A stretch of 63,044 nt of DNA, counting the filler, from Bigelowiella natans CCMP2755 (taxonomy: Eukaryota; Protista; Cercozoa): NCBI GenBank assembly GCA_000320545.1. It is 9 parts of 9 records of this genome, joined end to end, with 100 filler letters (N's around TTAATTAATTAA, not from the genome) between each part and the next. Parts side by side here need not be neighbours in the genome. Positions count along the whole stretch, not along the records: positions 1 to 12,064 come from ADNK01002812.1; 8 more parts are not named here. One strand, 5' to 3'. The translations under genes and the position numbers were made by a program. This document shows, one piece after another, positions 1-12,164 of the stretch. How positions within the stretch are numbered: the first letter of the stretch is position 1; each line of letters starts with the position of its first letter. The notes below the pieces were generated by a model, which was not told where the DNA came from, ran no database searches, and worked only from the letters and a program-made list of their open reading frames with translations.

Positions 1-202
1 CTGGCAAAGAGCTCCCAAATCGGCCTTAAGGCGCCCTGGGAATTCTCACAGTGAGACCCCCGTGCATTTCATCATGGTGATGGAAATTAAACCACACACG
101 TGCATTTGTTCTTTCTAAAAAAAAAAAAAAAAAAATACCTGAGAAGATGACAACCAAAGGACTAATACTAACACTGCTATGTAACACAACTCGTATATAG
201 AA

Positions 203-260
<58 letters not shown>

Positions 261-1210
261 TAACCGAAGATCGCTCGGAAGGGCCATTTTCAACGTGCCT
301 CCCACCGCCCACCTGCACACACACCGAACCTCATCAGACACATAAACATTTAACTCATAATAGTCTGTAAGCTGCAGCTCCTAGTGAATCGGTGCTACAG
401 CCGTCGCATCCTCGAATAAAATACACGTGCAAACGTCGCCAAACACTGCACGCACCACGATGCAAGGCCAAGAACGCCGTAGTAGATGTTTGCCTCTCCG
501 ATGGGAAGCAGGTGGACGTTGTCAGCGCCGTGCTTGCGACTCCTCGGCCCCTCTGCAAACCGCACACATCCACGAAAGAACACACGAGTGATGAGCTTGG
601 AGACACGATGGCGCTATTTTGGCATCGGAAGTCACTGGTGTGAAATAATTGACGCTAATCTCCGCGCCGCCGTCGCGCCATCGTTATCCAAAACATCATT
701 ACGGCTATTGATAGCTATATCTGATATGCCCCTCCGCAGTCGGCGAACGACGAGAATTCGCATGCATTGCCACGAGTGGCCATAGCGCTACCTTCTGCTT
801 TCAGTCCGATCGCGCTTCGGATGGAGTGCAGTGCACTTGTGCCCATATGCTCGCCAACGTTGCCTAGACGGAAAGTAGAAGTGAGAAGAGAAAACAGCAT
901 TACACCAGTAGCAGCAGCAGCAGCAGTAAGGTCCATCGGACATTCCTATATTCCCAATGAACGAGATTATGCTTATGTTAAACAAGGCGATGAAAATCAG
1001 CTGCTGTGGGGGCGTTAGAGTTTTGCGCGCCGTACATGAGATTATGGAGGCGCAGGCAATGGACGCTGCCCCTGCCACGGGCGCGAGGGGGTGCGCTGAA
1101 CATCCAAACACGGGAGATTCGAATCAGGAGGTGCCATTATGTAGTGAATGGCGGCGAAACAATGGGGTTTGAAGTACGGGGGCGGGGGAATGAGATCGAA
1201 TGAGGGAGAA

Positions 1211-1277
<67 letters not shown>

Positions 1278-1508
1278 TGTGGTGCGTGGTCTCTGCCACC
1301 TCCCTTACATCGACGAACCTGTAGAGACTTTGGCTAACGAGTATAAGGAGTGCAGGGTGAGGACACCGCCAGCAAAGCCTACCATGTGGCCACCAGCTAC
1401 CGCCACCTCGCCTTGTATTTCCTCGGAGAGCCTTCGATAGCATAGAACAAGTCATGCTATACTTGAATACACATTCACATACGTGTGCACATCAATATAG
1501 ATATGAAT

Positions 1509-1541
<33 letters not shown>

Positions 1542-2173
1542 CATGTGTATAGTGATACATAGATTGCTGAATATGTCTAGAAATATGCCGGAGCAAAGGT
1601 ATAAATCTGTACCCGTTTTGTTTTGCATTGGCTTTACAGAGCTCCACAGAAATCAGTAATGTGAGCAGGTAAATGCGAAGGAAGCTCATTGGACGATGAC
1701 GAGGACATTCACCGCCGATCATCAATTGCCCGTTATTGATGCTATTTGAGGCGAAGGCGTGTCAATGCGTGTAGATGAATGATTGTAAAGTTGGAACCCT
1801 CGCCCTTTGTAAGCTGAACTTCGTTTCCCTTCTAATGAAGGCGAGGGGGGGCAGCGTGCCCGCTCGGGTTTTGAGGCAAGTCCGTTTTGCTGATAAAATT
1901 GGAAAATCTCCCGCCAAAATTAGGTCATAATTTATACCAAAAATATATGAAATATGTCTTATTTTCTTAATTGCACACATTCATGGGAACGAATTAAAAA
2001 ATAGGTTTTGTACAGCCACTTGGCTGTATTTAGATATATCCTGCTGCGATATTTTATTTGAAATTATCATAAAGAAAGATGCGATGATTTTTCGATATTT
2101 GACGGTAAAAAAAAAGACTGTTTTTCTATATTGCTAATTTCACAACAACACATCCAACACTCCGTACGGAAGA

Positions 2174-3185
2174 ATGGAACTCAATCCTCCCAGGGCGAGG
2201 AGGAAGATCAAAAAGAAGAAGAGGCGAATAGCAGCCAAGACTAACATTTTCGACGATGAAAAGGTTTTCTTGTAAATTCTCTCCCCACCTGCTTCGAACA
2301 CAATCATCCGAAGTTTCCTCTTTAAGGTCTCATCACAGCACACGTCGTCATCTCTAAGCTCTAATGGCACCAAGAAGAGAAGAATAAAGACCCGAGAGGA
2401 GAAAATAAAGGTCGGTCCCTAATTTTTTTATCGATGTTACAGTTCAGCTCGAACATGTTGTGCCTCACAAACGTGTACATTAGTCATTGGACGGCGAGGG
2501 TGCTATCTTGGCAGAGAAGGGGGCATTTGGAAAGGCCATTGGGAAGTCGGTTTAATAGAATTAAAATAAACTACGCAAACCCAGCTCATGATTCTCCTTC
2601 CTAAACTGTTCTTTATTTATGCACAACCGTATGCACAATTGTGAAAGGTGGAATCAGGCGCTGCAGATGTGCTCAGATGGTGATGACGAGGCGCCCCTCA
2701 AAGCAGTTCTCTACGAGCAATGCTCGCAAGTACCTAGAGCTCACATCGCATAAGAAGAAACAGGACAGTCTTTCCAAAAATCCACGTCCATAAAATTGAT
2801 TCGGTCAGGTCTACTTGGAACTGGGAAGATCCTTCGACGCGGTCGTGCAAGCACACAAAGCCGTAGAGGTGAATCGTGTTTGATAACAATCCGTGCTCAC
2901 ACTTTCACCTCAGTTTTCGTCGAGTCAAAATCTCTAAGAATTATGGTTCAACATTACCAGAACGATAGCACGTTTGTGCATGGGTATGTGAGTCTTGCTC
3001 GCGCGCAATTAAATCTCGGCGAACCGTACATGGCACTGTCGACGATGCAAAAGGCGCTCCTGTTAGACCCTACAACACCAGCCCTCTGGAAAGAATTCAA
3101 AGAGCTAAAAGAAATCAGCGAGCGGGGGAAGAAATTAGGTGCGACAACAAATATATATGTTTTACGGCGGCAACCATATCCTTGA
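2174..3185 (+). CDS. TTC33: TPR protein, TTC33-like (6 exons)
   Basis: Spliced by eye: MELNPPRARRKIKKKKRR...|VSSQH...EEKIK|SLDGEGAILAEKGAFGKAIGK|WNQALQMCSDGDDEAPLKAVLYEQCSQ|VYLELGRSFDAVVQAHKAVE|NDSTFVHGYVSLARAQLNLGEPYMALSTMQKALLLDP...YP*. GT-AG introns. Matches TTC33 motifs (EGASLAE..AI.KW..ALQL, LYE.KSQV, LGRAQL.LGE). Confidence 0.8.
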
Positions 3186-4331
3186 AGATAGGGGACGCAT
3201 CTACGTTTTTGTTGAGTTGCTCCCAATTTAAAACAAAATTCCGATGAAAAATCGTTTGTACTTAGTTGTTTTGGTGGTGAATTACAATAGGAAATGCACA
3301 CTGTCGGTCTTCGGCGAGTAATAACTGTTATCATCGTAGTACGCATCGTCAGGATCAGCCTGGCAAGGTTGACCAACCCAAGGCATGCACCGATGATTCG
3401 ATACAATCTAGCAAGAGATGATGCGATGAGAAATAAACGATGTAGCCGCAGAATTGCCTAGCCATGGTGAACATTGAAAACATTTAATTTATTTATTACA
3501 CCCGTCACATAACCACCACTTTGACCAAAAATAAAATCCTAGAATATCAAATATTTCCACGCCGACGCGTACATTGATCAGCTCACTGCATACGAACAAT
3601 GCTAACTTTTGGCGGTAAGATTTACGATAGCTACGCTGTGCGTGGATCCGAGTACACTACTAGACTAGTCCATGATGTGCACAAATATAATTCATTTGTG
3701 CAAGCTAGCAATCGCTGCATGCGCACACATCACTAGATCATTTCGGCGCTGTCAATTAATGAACACATGGCTAGATGGGTCTCTGAGCATCGCTCATAGA
3801 GCTCGAACAATACCAAACTCATGTGCCATATCTGGTGGCCAAGCGAGCAAGCTAGCAAGGTGTGGTTCATGGCCATAGAACCACAAGGCCACACTGCCAT
3901 GATGAATGCGCCGCGGTGTAAATCTCTATAGCTAGATCTCCGGCTGCATGCATGCTAGACTAGCATGCGCGTGCCCCCCATAGCATCTCATCAATCATCA
4001 CAACAAAACCACATTGTGTTTAACTAGGCAAGTTTCAGTTGAATAGCGCAGCTTGAGAAGCTAGTTTTATTCATTAATCCAACTTGCAAATTCATGATTG
4101 ATGAAATAAAGTGACACCACTGTTCATTGAAAATGACCGCCTAATAGGTGCAATCCAAAAACTAAAACCAAATACCTCAATACTCTCTTATACATTCGGC
4201 CAATATGAAGGTTTACTGCCAAGGTCTAACAAAGTTTTCACTCACTTTTGAATTATCCGTTATGGTATGTTATTTGTATGTGATAATAACTGATGTTAGG
4301 ATAGTTGCGATCTACCAATAATTCATCCGTT

Positions 4332-6580
4332 CTACGTCACGGCAGATTTTCTCTGAAGCGAAAATCTCACTGGAGTTTTAGGTGTCAAGGATTTTGCCTC
4401 ATGCCCTTGGGTGTGAATCGTTGTTGATGTCTGAAGAAATTTAGAACTCGATCTCGAAGCTGTTGCATACCATTGGAACACCGCATAGATAATAATTCCA
4501 ACATACATTGTGAGATCGCTCAACGGTTCGAATCTACTGGCTTCGCTGTCGATCAATTCCGAATACCGCTCTTTTTTAAGGAGTGATCTCATTGAAAATA
4601 TTATCAGGAATATGAACATGAAACATGCCAACGCCATGATCACGGGGAAGCCAATTAGAAGATTTTGTAATTTAATTATTGACGCTCTAACTGTAAATTC
4701 TCGTATTTGATGACGATGTTGTGCTGCTGCAATGATTTCGTTATAAGATAGCTTACTACACGGGCTGTTATCAATTTGCAATCCAAAACTGATACCAACA
4801 TGTTGAGTTTTGGTCTGATTGCTTCTGCTTTCTGAAGTACTCGAAAAAAGGTTTTCATTCGTTTGCTTACATTTTTTGATACAGGTTTCAGAGTCAGTGG
4901 CAGATTTACATATTTTGCTAACACTATTAATACAATTAGTGCTAGCTATCGTTTTAGCATAAGCAGCTCTTGGGGATTTTATGTAATTTACTAAACTTTT
5001 AATACTTTTTTGGTCGTCCTGCCCAGATACAATCGTTAGGCGCTTCAGTGTCATAATCAGCTCCCTTCGAAGACAGTAAGTTGAATGAATCCCAAGATAG
5101 CAGTATGTGCAGCCGGCTATTAACAATGAAAAATGCCGAAACAATGCAAAACCTCCCAGGTCCGTGACTAAGATTAGAATCATAGAAACAACCGCCATCG
5201 TGTTGATTACAACTGCAATTCCAGCGTGTAAAACACCATGCCAACTTGGGAGAAAGAGTACAACTTTGACCCTCAGATAGTTTGCCTTACTCAAGACGAA
5301 GACGAGATCTAAATAGCATATGAACTTTTTATGTTGAGCATTAAAAGACACAGCAATTGTCATTCTAGTCATTCTTGAGTAAGAACACTAACATCTATGT
5401 TCTATGTCAGCTCGCCGACAATAAAAATTGAATGGAGAACATATATAAGAAACAGTCAAACAAAGTCCCTACAATGGCCAGTCGTGTAGCCAATCATCTG
5501 CAGTAATGGTCATGTCAGATAAGTCGTAAAAAAAATCACGGAAAATACTTACATATACAAGTGTAATGAGTACTAGGGTCGCTTCATGGCCAAAGTAGAA
5601 TGGTTCGTGCTAAGTACAAAGATTGAATGAATACAAAATATCATCTTTGAGAACTTTTTCTTACAATCCCCACTACGAAGACAAAGAGGAAACAGAGGCC
5701 GATCAATGAGGAGCTGTTGTCAAATTAGGAGAAGTCATTCGTCTTTTCTTGCTTTAATTATCATGAGATACATGTTGATGATTTTCCTCGGAGTAGCTGT
5801 CTTTCTCTTCACATGGCACATCCCGCGAGTAATCAGAAACGCTATGATCGAAAGCTTTAGAGTATCTAGAAACCATCACATTTCACAAACATAGCCATCC
5901 CATCAAAACGGATCAAAGTAACATCCTTTTCGAGTTCACAAATTAGCCTACCCGACACCAAATTCGCAATGGAGTAAGGTTCAGGCATCGGGATGTGAGG
6001 GGAAATGGAGCAAGTCGGCTCTTCTCGCTCGTCTTCTCTGAAGCACAAAGTGAAAGAGGCCTAGTGGTCATCCATTGAGAGCATGAAGTTTGCACGTAAG
6101 ATATAAGGCGATTTTACCTAGAAAAACATCCATTTTTTTCATGAGCGTGTGAAATAAATACTTCTCCTGTAAATCCTCACGACGTATTTCAGCTACGATC
6201 CATTCTGAAGGTAGATCGCTTGTCGTGGGAGCAAAACCTCCGATGCTGACATGCCATTTTCACGTGCAGCAATTTGCGATGAACGTCGAGATGCATGGTG
6301 AGGGAGGGGATCGGTTGCTCCACTGCGACAGCACCGGGGAACCGCAAAAACTGTGAAAATCCCTGCATGCAAAGCCAAAATGTTTGTAAAAATTCAATGT
6401 ATTTTGCACCTGTGACAATCCCAAATGACAACAACAATGCCAACAGGTTAAACCGTGCTCTTCTGAATGAAACAATATCATTTCTACTCGTAGAAAACTG
6501 TGGTCACTTCTGTAAGAGCCACCGGACGAATGGTAACTTACATTACATGCATTCTCAGTCGTCAATCCCCTACATAGCAT
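4332..6580 (-). CDS. Multi-pass membrane protein of unknown family; last exon about 4332-5372, upstream exons uncertain
   Basis: 346-aa open frame with at least 4 hydrophobic segments (VVINTMAVVSMILILV, LLIAGCTYCYLGI, LLIGFPVIMALACFMFIFLIIF, LTMYVGIIIYAVFQW). Short hydrophobic exon-like pieces lie near 5420-5480 and 5550-5610. The 5' end is not resolved. Confidence 0.45.
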
Positions 6581-7079
6581 AGTTCTAGGTTCCGGGTACT
6601 ATTAAATTTTGTTTGGACATGGCTTAGTTCTTGCATAGAAGACACTTTGACGCAAGCGGTCTGGTTGGCTTGAAGACACGGATGAGTTGGTGTGACTCAT
6701 GATCCTCTCAGCTGCCCCCGAGAAACCCCTTCATTCGCTCAGCTGCTCCTGTGGAACTGTTTGAATTGTTCCAGTGTTCGTTGATTCGCTCACGTGGTTC
6801 TTGCATTGCGCGTTTCGACGTCTTGCGCGCTCACTTGTTGTTCACGCGTGCGTGCGTTTTGCATGCCACGTCGATCTAGGCATGGTCACCATGCCATCAT
6901 CATTTGCAACTTTTGATTGATCACCATTGCATTTTGTAAAGGTGCAAACTTGGCATCATCTAGTCATGCTAGCATGTGCAGCGGCATCACTGATCAGAGC
7001 ATTCCACATGCAGGTGGCATTGGTCACAGCTAGACAGACAGTACTCAAATCGATCGACATGCTCCATGAGCTGTCATCA

Positions 7080-7844
7080 TCAATTGCTTGTCATGACCCA
7101 TTCATGATATTTCATACTCTCGTCACCATTTTCTGCTTTTGTTGCTGTTTCTGTCGCCAACCAGCGAGAGCTTTTGCCTCCGAAGATCTCATTCGCAAGC
7201 TTCATCCAGACTTTGAAAACGTGGTCGCTATAGAGTACGAAAGACACGCTAACGCCATTGTCTAGATCATGATCCTCGGAATATTTTCTCTCTTCATTGC
7301 AGTGTGAGGTAGAAGGATTACCCACAAACCGGGTGTTGTGCTCGATGCTTTGCAACGCAGCATGGAAGACCACCGCGGGCCTCCAGCCTTGAACGCCACA
7401 GCCCAGGGCCGGGAAAGCGATACTGCGCACACCCAACTCGTTTGCTACTTCGAAGCAAGAATCAAACGTCTCCTTCAATGTCTGTGAACCGTTGTCTCCG
7501 ACGCCATAAAGACCATCCGGAACGCAGCAATGGATCACATAGCTCGTGTTCTGCGATAATTCTCCTCCTGCCGGCGTGCACACAGCACCCCCCGGTTTGC
7601 ATCTGACAAGCTGTGATGAGTTAATGCCGTCATTTAATTCAAGACCTTTAATACTCGCTGCGAGAGCTGTTCCTCCGGCCTGATGCACGGCCCCGTTCAC
7701 ATTGTTACGTCCTGCGAAGCGCCAGTAGCCCTTCTGCGAGTTCGGGGAGAGTGTGGGGTTTGAAGACGTGACGATAGCCTCCGCCTTTACCTTAGTGATA
7801 CAGCCTCGAACAAACCTGATTACTACGCCTCTGCCACGCGCCAT
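7080..7844 (-). CDS. Macro-domain (ADP-ribose-binding, YmdB/MacroD-like) protein
   Basis: Motifs RGCITKVKAEAIVTSSN, VNGAVHQAGG, CKPGGAVCTPAGGEL, YVIHC, LKETFDSCFEVANELGVRSIAFPALGCGVQGW. The true N-terminus may extend upstream across a frameshift near 7836. Confidence 0.9.
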   Translation of the reverse strand: MARGRGVVIRFVRGCITKVKAEAIVTSSNPTLSPNSQKGYWRFAGRNNVNGAVHQAGGTALAASIKGLELNDGINSSQLVRCKPGGAVCTPAGGELSQNTSYVIHCCVPDGLYGVGDNGSQTLKETFDSCFEVANELGVRSIAFPALGCGVQGWRPAVVFHAALQSIEHNTRFVGNPSTSHCNEERKYSEDHDLDNGVSVSFVLYSDHVFKVWMKLANEIFGGKSSRWLATETATKAENGDESMKYHEWVMTSN

Positions 7845-8759
7845 TTCTCGACTGCTTGGCTCAGGTTAGCAGCATCGACAGCTCGGAGGGGAGGAGTTTG
7901 ATGGAAACGTGAGGAAGGCCACGTGGTCTGCACTGTGAATATCAACCAAGTCGCAGGATAAAATTCTACGTTCTTTTTGCTGTTGAATGTGTTGTTCCAA
8001 GGAAAATATGGCTCATCTTGAAGAAACTTCCTTGACTGCTTTCTATGCAACTTGTCCATGTTGCTCAGAGAAAATTCGGATGCATTTTTTCCCAGATGAC
8101 CATGAACATCATTGCCATTGGAGCCATTGAAAAGCGAATGGAAAGGGCACAATCAATGTCGATGAGATTTTCACACGGCGACAACATTTTCACTGGCAAT
8201 AGTGACGCAAAAAGGGGCCGTTTGACCCCGTTTTCCCGCTCTGATGATTTCACCTGAAAACATCCATTTCGGAATATTGAAGCACCGACCGCATTCGCAC
8301 TCGCCATTGGTACCCGCGACACAACACGCACGCTGTGCGATGCTAATCGTGCTGGTCGAGCTTAAGATCGATGTGGACTCGCGGAATGAAACCGAAATTT
8401 CGAAATTCGAGATGATAAAACAACAGAGACGTCCGAAGTTCCTCCCCAGATTGCAAGATGCGGCACTCCGGTGACGTGGGAGGCGTTCCTTGAACTCTCA
8501 AAACGAAGCCCACGCGGCACGAACATTTCTTTGACGACGGCCAAATTAGCACATCGAACATGCACGAAATCTCCACCAATTGGTGGGCATTTCTGCATTT
8601 ATCCTCCGAGATCCGGTTTTCCACGACAGAAAGAGCGAGGGGGGGAGAGTTCGTTGTCAGCGGAGTACCTAAATCGCACTCAAATCGCACTATCTGTGCG
8701 AGAATTCTCAAAGCAAAGGGTACTTTCACCGCAGCTTCCAGAATCGCTCCCCACAAACC

Positions 8760-10337
8760 ATGCAGACGATCACGGCCATCACCACCCTCGCGCTCTTGGC
8801 AGGAGTGCAGGGCACTACATACCCAATCGGAATCTCCAATTGTGGGGTGTCAGCCTGGATTGCAGGAGCGCCGACTCGCGCGGTGACGCTGAATCAAGGT
8901 GTGACGGAGATGATGTTGGCCTTGGGGTTGGTGGGAAGGATGGTTGGCACGGCGTATTTGGACGACGAAATCTGGCCGGAGCTCGAAGCAGACTACCTGA
9001 AAGTCCCCGTGCTGTCAGCGACTTATCCTGACATTGACACACTCATGGCCACGCAACCCGACTTCCTGTATGCATCTTACAGCAGCGCCTTCCAGGCCAG
9101 GACAGAGGAAGGCTCGACTCGCACCGACTACTTCAAGTATTTGCCCCAAGGCTGCAACTTGACGGTGTCAACCTCCCGTGGTAACAGGACTTACTGCAGG
9201 GCCGAGTTGAAGGAGGTTCTCGGCATTCAGACGTACTTGCAAACACCCTACTGCGAGCTCTCCACACACCGCCCCGATGAGCTAACGCTGAACGAGCTGT
9301 ATGAGGAAATATGGGACCTCGCCTTGATCTTCGATGCCTTCCCGGCAGCCCGACAGTTGGTAGACACGATTGAAGGCCACTTCGAAAACGCCACGAAACT
9401 AGTGCAGAACCACGCCACAATTGCTGAAAGGGAGAACAAGCGTCCGTCTTCCCTAAACGTGCTGTGGTTGGATAGCTGGGACGACAACAACCCCTTTGTC
9501 GGTGCCTGCTGCGGATCGGTCAACACTATCATTGAATACTCCGGCGCCACGAACATCTTCGCCGACCTGGGCGCGGATGAAAGGAGGACTTGGGATCATG
9601 TTTCGTGGGATGCGATTGCAGAAAGAGATCCCGATGTGATGATCATTGTTGACGCCTCTTGGGACCTTGCAGGTAAACTCACTCATGTTACACGTGTAGT
9701 GTTTAGCACATGCTGACGACCTTCGCATCTTGTTTGTGCAGCCGAGAAGATTTTCAACCTCTGCAGCAATAACCAGACGCGCGCCCTGCGAGCCGTGCAA
9801 ACCCGCCGCTTCATCACCGTGCCCTTCAGTGCTACAACCTTGGGGGTGCGCATTGGATCGGTCAGCTACAACTTGGCGGAGGCTGTCGTTGCGTTGGCCA
9901 ACGACGAGCCGCTTTCCAGCTTGGATTTCACAGAAGTTTCCATTGTCGGTGATGACCAAACAGGTCGTCAGGCTGTGGGCCTAAGCGGCATCAAGGCGTA
10001 CACGAAGCTGCCAATGTTCAACGGAGTTGATTTGGACACGTTTTGCCCTGGTGAAAGCAATGTGGTCATCACGGACGATCCCCCACCTGAATTCACTGAC
10101 TTGGACGGCACTTCCTTGGCGGGGAGCAGCAATGATGATTTTCCAGTGTGGGGAGCTGTGCTAATCGTGGTGCTGGGTGGCGCTGTGCTTGCAGCGATCA
10201 TTTTCATTGTGTGCATCGTGAAGAAGGAAAAGCAAGGAAATCCTATGTTCGCTCCGCTGAAAGAAAAAGAGGAAGAGTTCAAGCAACAATCGATGGGTGC
10301 AACCACTGCCAGCGTTGCTAGCGTCAAAAATGTCTAG
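8760..10337 (+). CDS. Membrane-anchored class III (TroA/FhuD/BtuF-type) iron-siderophore/cobalamin substrate-binding protein; exons 8760-9672 and 9742-10337 (502 aa)
   Basis: Signal peptide (MQTITAITTLALLAGVQG), then YPIGISNCG..APTRAVTLNQGVTEMMLALGL..MVGTAYLDD, PDFLYASYSSAF, GATNIFAD, VSWDAIAERDPDVMII. A 69-bp GT-AG intron (9673-9741) restores AEKIFNLCSN..LRAVQTRRFITVPF. C-terminal TM helix (WGAVLIVVLGGAVLAAIIFIVCIV) followed by a KKEKQGNPMF tail. Confidence 0.9.
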
Positions 10338-11170
10338 TGTGTGTGTGTGTGTGTGTGTGGGTGTACTGATCTACATGTTGAATTGTGATTATGCTTCACA
10401 AAACACCACCCGAAGAGAACAAATTGTCGTGAAAATGTGCAAAGCTGCATCATTTGCATGTGATGTTGTTGCTTTTTCAACGTGGTGCGATCTGTTCATG
10501 TTTGCATTTTGGAGCTACACAACTTTACTACGCAACTGATTGCTCTCAACATACCTAGGAAAACCATGGAACATGTCTCTATGAAATCTAGAAATGCTAG
10601 AATGGCTATAGCAATGTGGCTACTTAGCTGCAAATATCGTATCCGTATCTTGAAACTCTCGATCGATGACACATGAAAGTATGTCGCATGCTCATGGCGC
10701 AGCGGTGCCATGCTAGCATGCTAGCATGCAACATGAGGAGTGCTAGTCAGTGACATCATGCAATTCATGTTGCACTTCTACAATGCAACAATCATCTAGT
10801 CATCCTGCATGCTAGCTAGACAAGCATCTGGTCGGTCATGTGTACGTAAGTCTTCGCAAAGATCAGAGATGCAAATTTAGAAATGTGCAGCATGCTAGCT
10901 TGCTATGGCTAGATGGCTTGTGCGCAAATGCTAGAATGCTAGAATGCGTGTCACGTCTAGACGTGCTAACGAGCGACTGTAGCAGTCTAGCCGCAGTGCG
11001 ACACAATGCAAAAGATGCACATCAAGATAAATGATTTTAACGTTACGTTCTCAAAACAGATCAAAATTGTAATGATGCATCTTTGCTCAGATATCATATA
11101 ATGACGCAGCGCACGCACATTAACAAGCTAGCAAGCACTAACAGCGCAGCAATGAAGGCAAGCCCTCTGC

Positions 11171-12064
11171 CTAACTTATCTCCATTTTCTGTAGTTTCTC
11201 CAGAGTGGCACCGGCCTAATCATTTCAGAGGAATCAGCTCTCACGCAAAGCATTCTCGGTCGAAGCAATGCAAATGGTTCATAGCACGAGCGCAATAATC
11301 TCACCTGCCGCTTGAGCATCTCTGCCTTCTTAATCTTCGGTGTCAGTTTATGCATGACCTGGTAATGAGAGGTGGTGGAGGGTTATGGGGAAATGAAGAG
11401 TTCCATCACTAGTTCATTCAATACCAATAAGCGTCCCTCCAACTAACACTTCGCTGCTGCTAGCTATCAGAAAGAGTGCTGATGTCACCTTCTTGTAGCT
11501 CTTGTCCTCTTTAGCGGGGATCTTCGCGTTGTAGTCTTCCAGCTAAACACAAAGCAACGGAAACACAACAGAAAAATTAGAGGAGCAATGGCAAACACCA
11601 AGCCCAGGAGGAGAGATTCCACTGCGAATGTTTATATATCAAAACGAAAACAACAAAATAGCCTTCCGAGAAATCAAAACATCCACGCCTTCTGTGCTAC
11701 TAGCCTCTTAAAAACTGGCCATCACCTCCTTTGATGCTTTTTGCAGCTTTTGCGTCCACGTCTGAATCTTCTTCTCGTGCAGGGCCTTGCGCTCATCGCT
11801 TGTCATCATGGCGAGGAACATTTCCAGCGACGCATGGTGCTGATCCCTCTCGCAAGAGAGTCTGGAGGGAAGAAGAAGGAGAAACAGGAGGAGGAGGAGG
11901 AGGAGGAGGAGGAAGAGGACACGATGATGATGATGGTGATGATGATGATAACGAACGGAAGGAGGGCGCCATCTATCGTCAGAGAACATCAGCATGATGC
12001 CGACAAACACAAACAGCTTTCCTCCAACAACGCCAACGGATAAATGGCGGAGTAGCGACGACTC
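11171..12064 (-). CDS. 3' part of a multi-exon helical/coiled-coil protein, unidentified; 5' end lies beyond the contig
   Basis: In-frame GT-AG exons ...SDERKALHEKKIQTWTQKLQKASKE|LEDYNAKIPAKEDKSYKK|VMHKLTPKIKKAEMLKRQ|KMEIS*. Confidence 0.45.
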
Positions 12065-12164
12065 NNNNNNNNNNNNNNNNNNNNNNNNNNNNNNNNNNNN
12101 NNNNNNNNTTAATTAATTAANNNNNNNNNNNNNNNNNNNNNNNNNNNNNNNNNNNNNNNNNNNN
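12065..12164. other. Artificial contig linker N44-TTAATTAATTAA-N44
   Basis: The same 100-bp spacer, with stops in all frames, occurs 8 times in the window. Confidence 0.98.

Noticed and set aside
1-1725. Possible minus-strand gene with a signal-peptide-like start (MSFLRIYLLTLLISVELCKA, about 1689)
   Set aside because: I could not assemble a consistent spliced frame or recognise a domain.
12109-12120. TTAATTAATTAA palindrome recurring 8 times
   Set aside because: It is always centred in 100-bp N spacers, so it is a synthetic linker.
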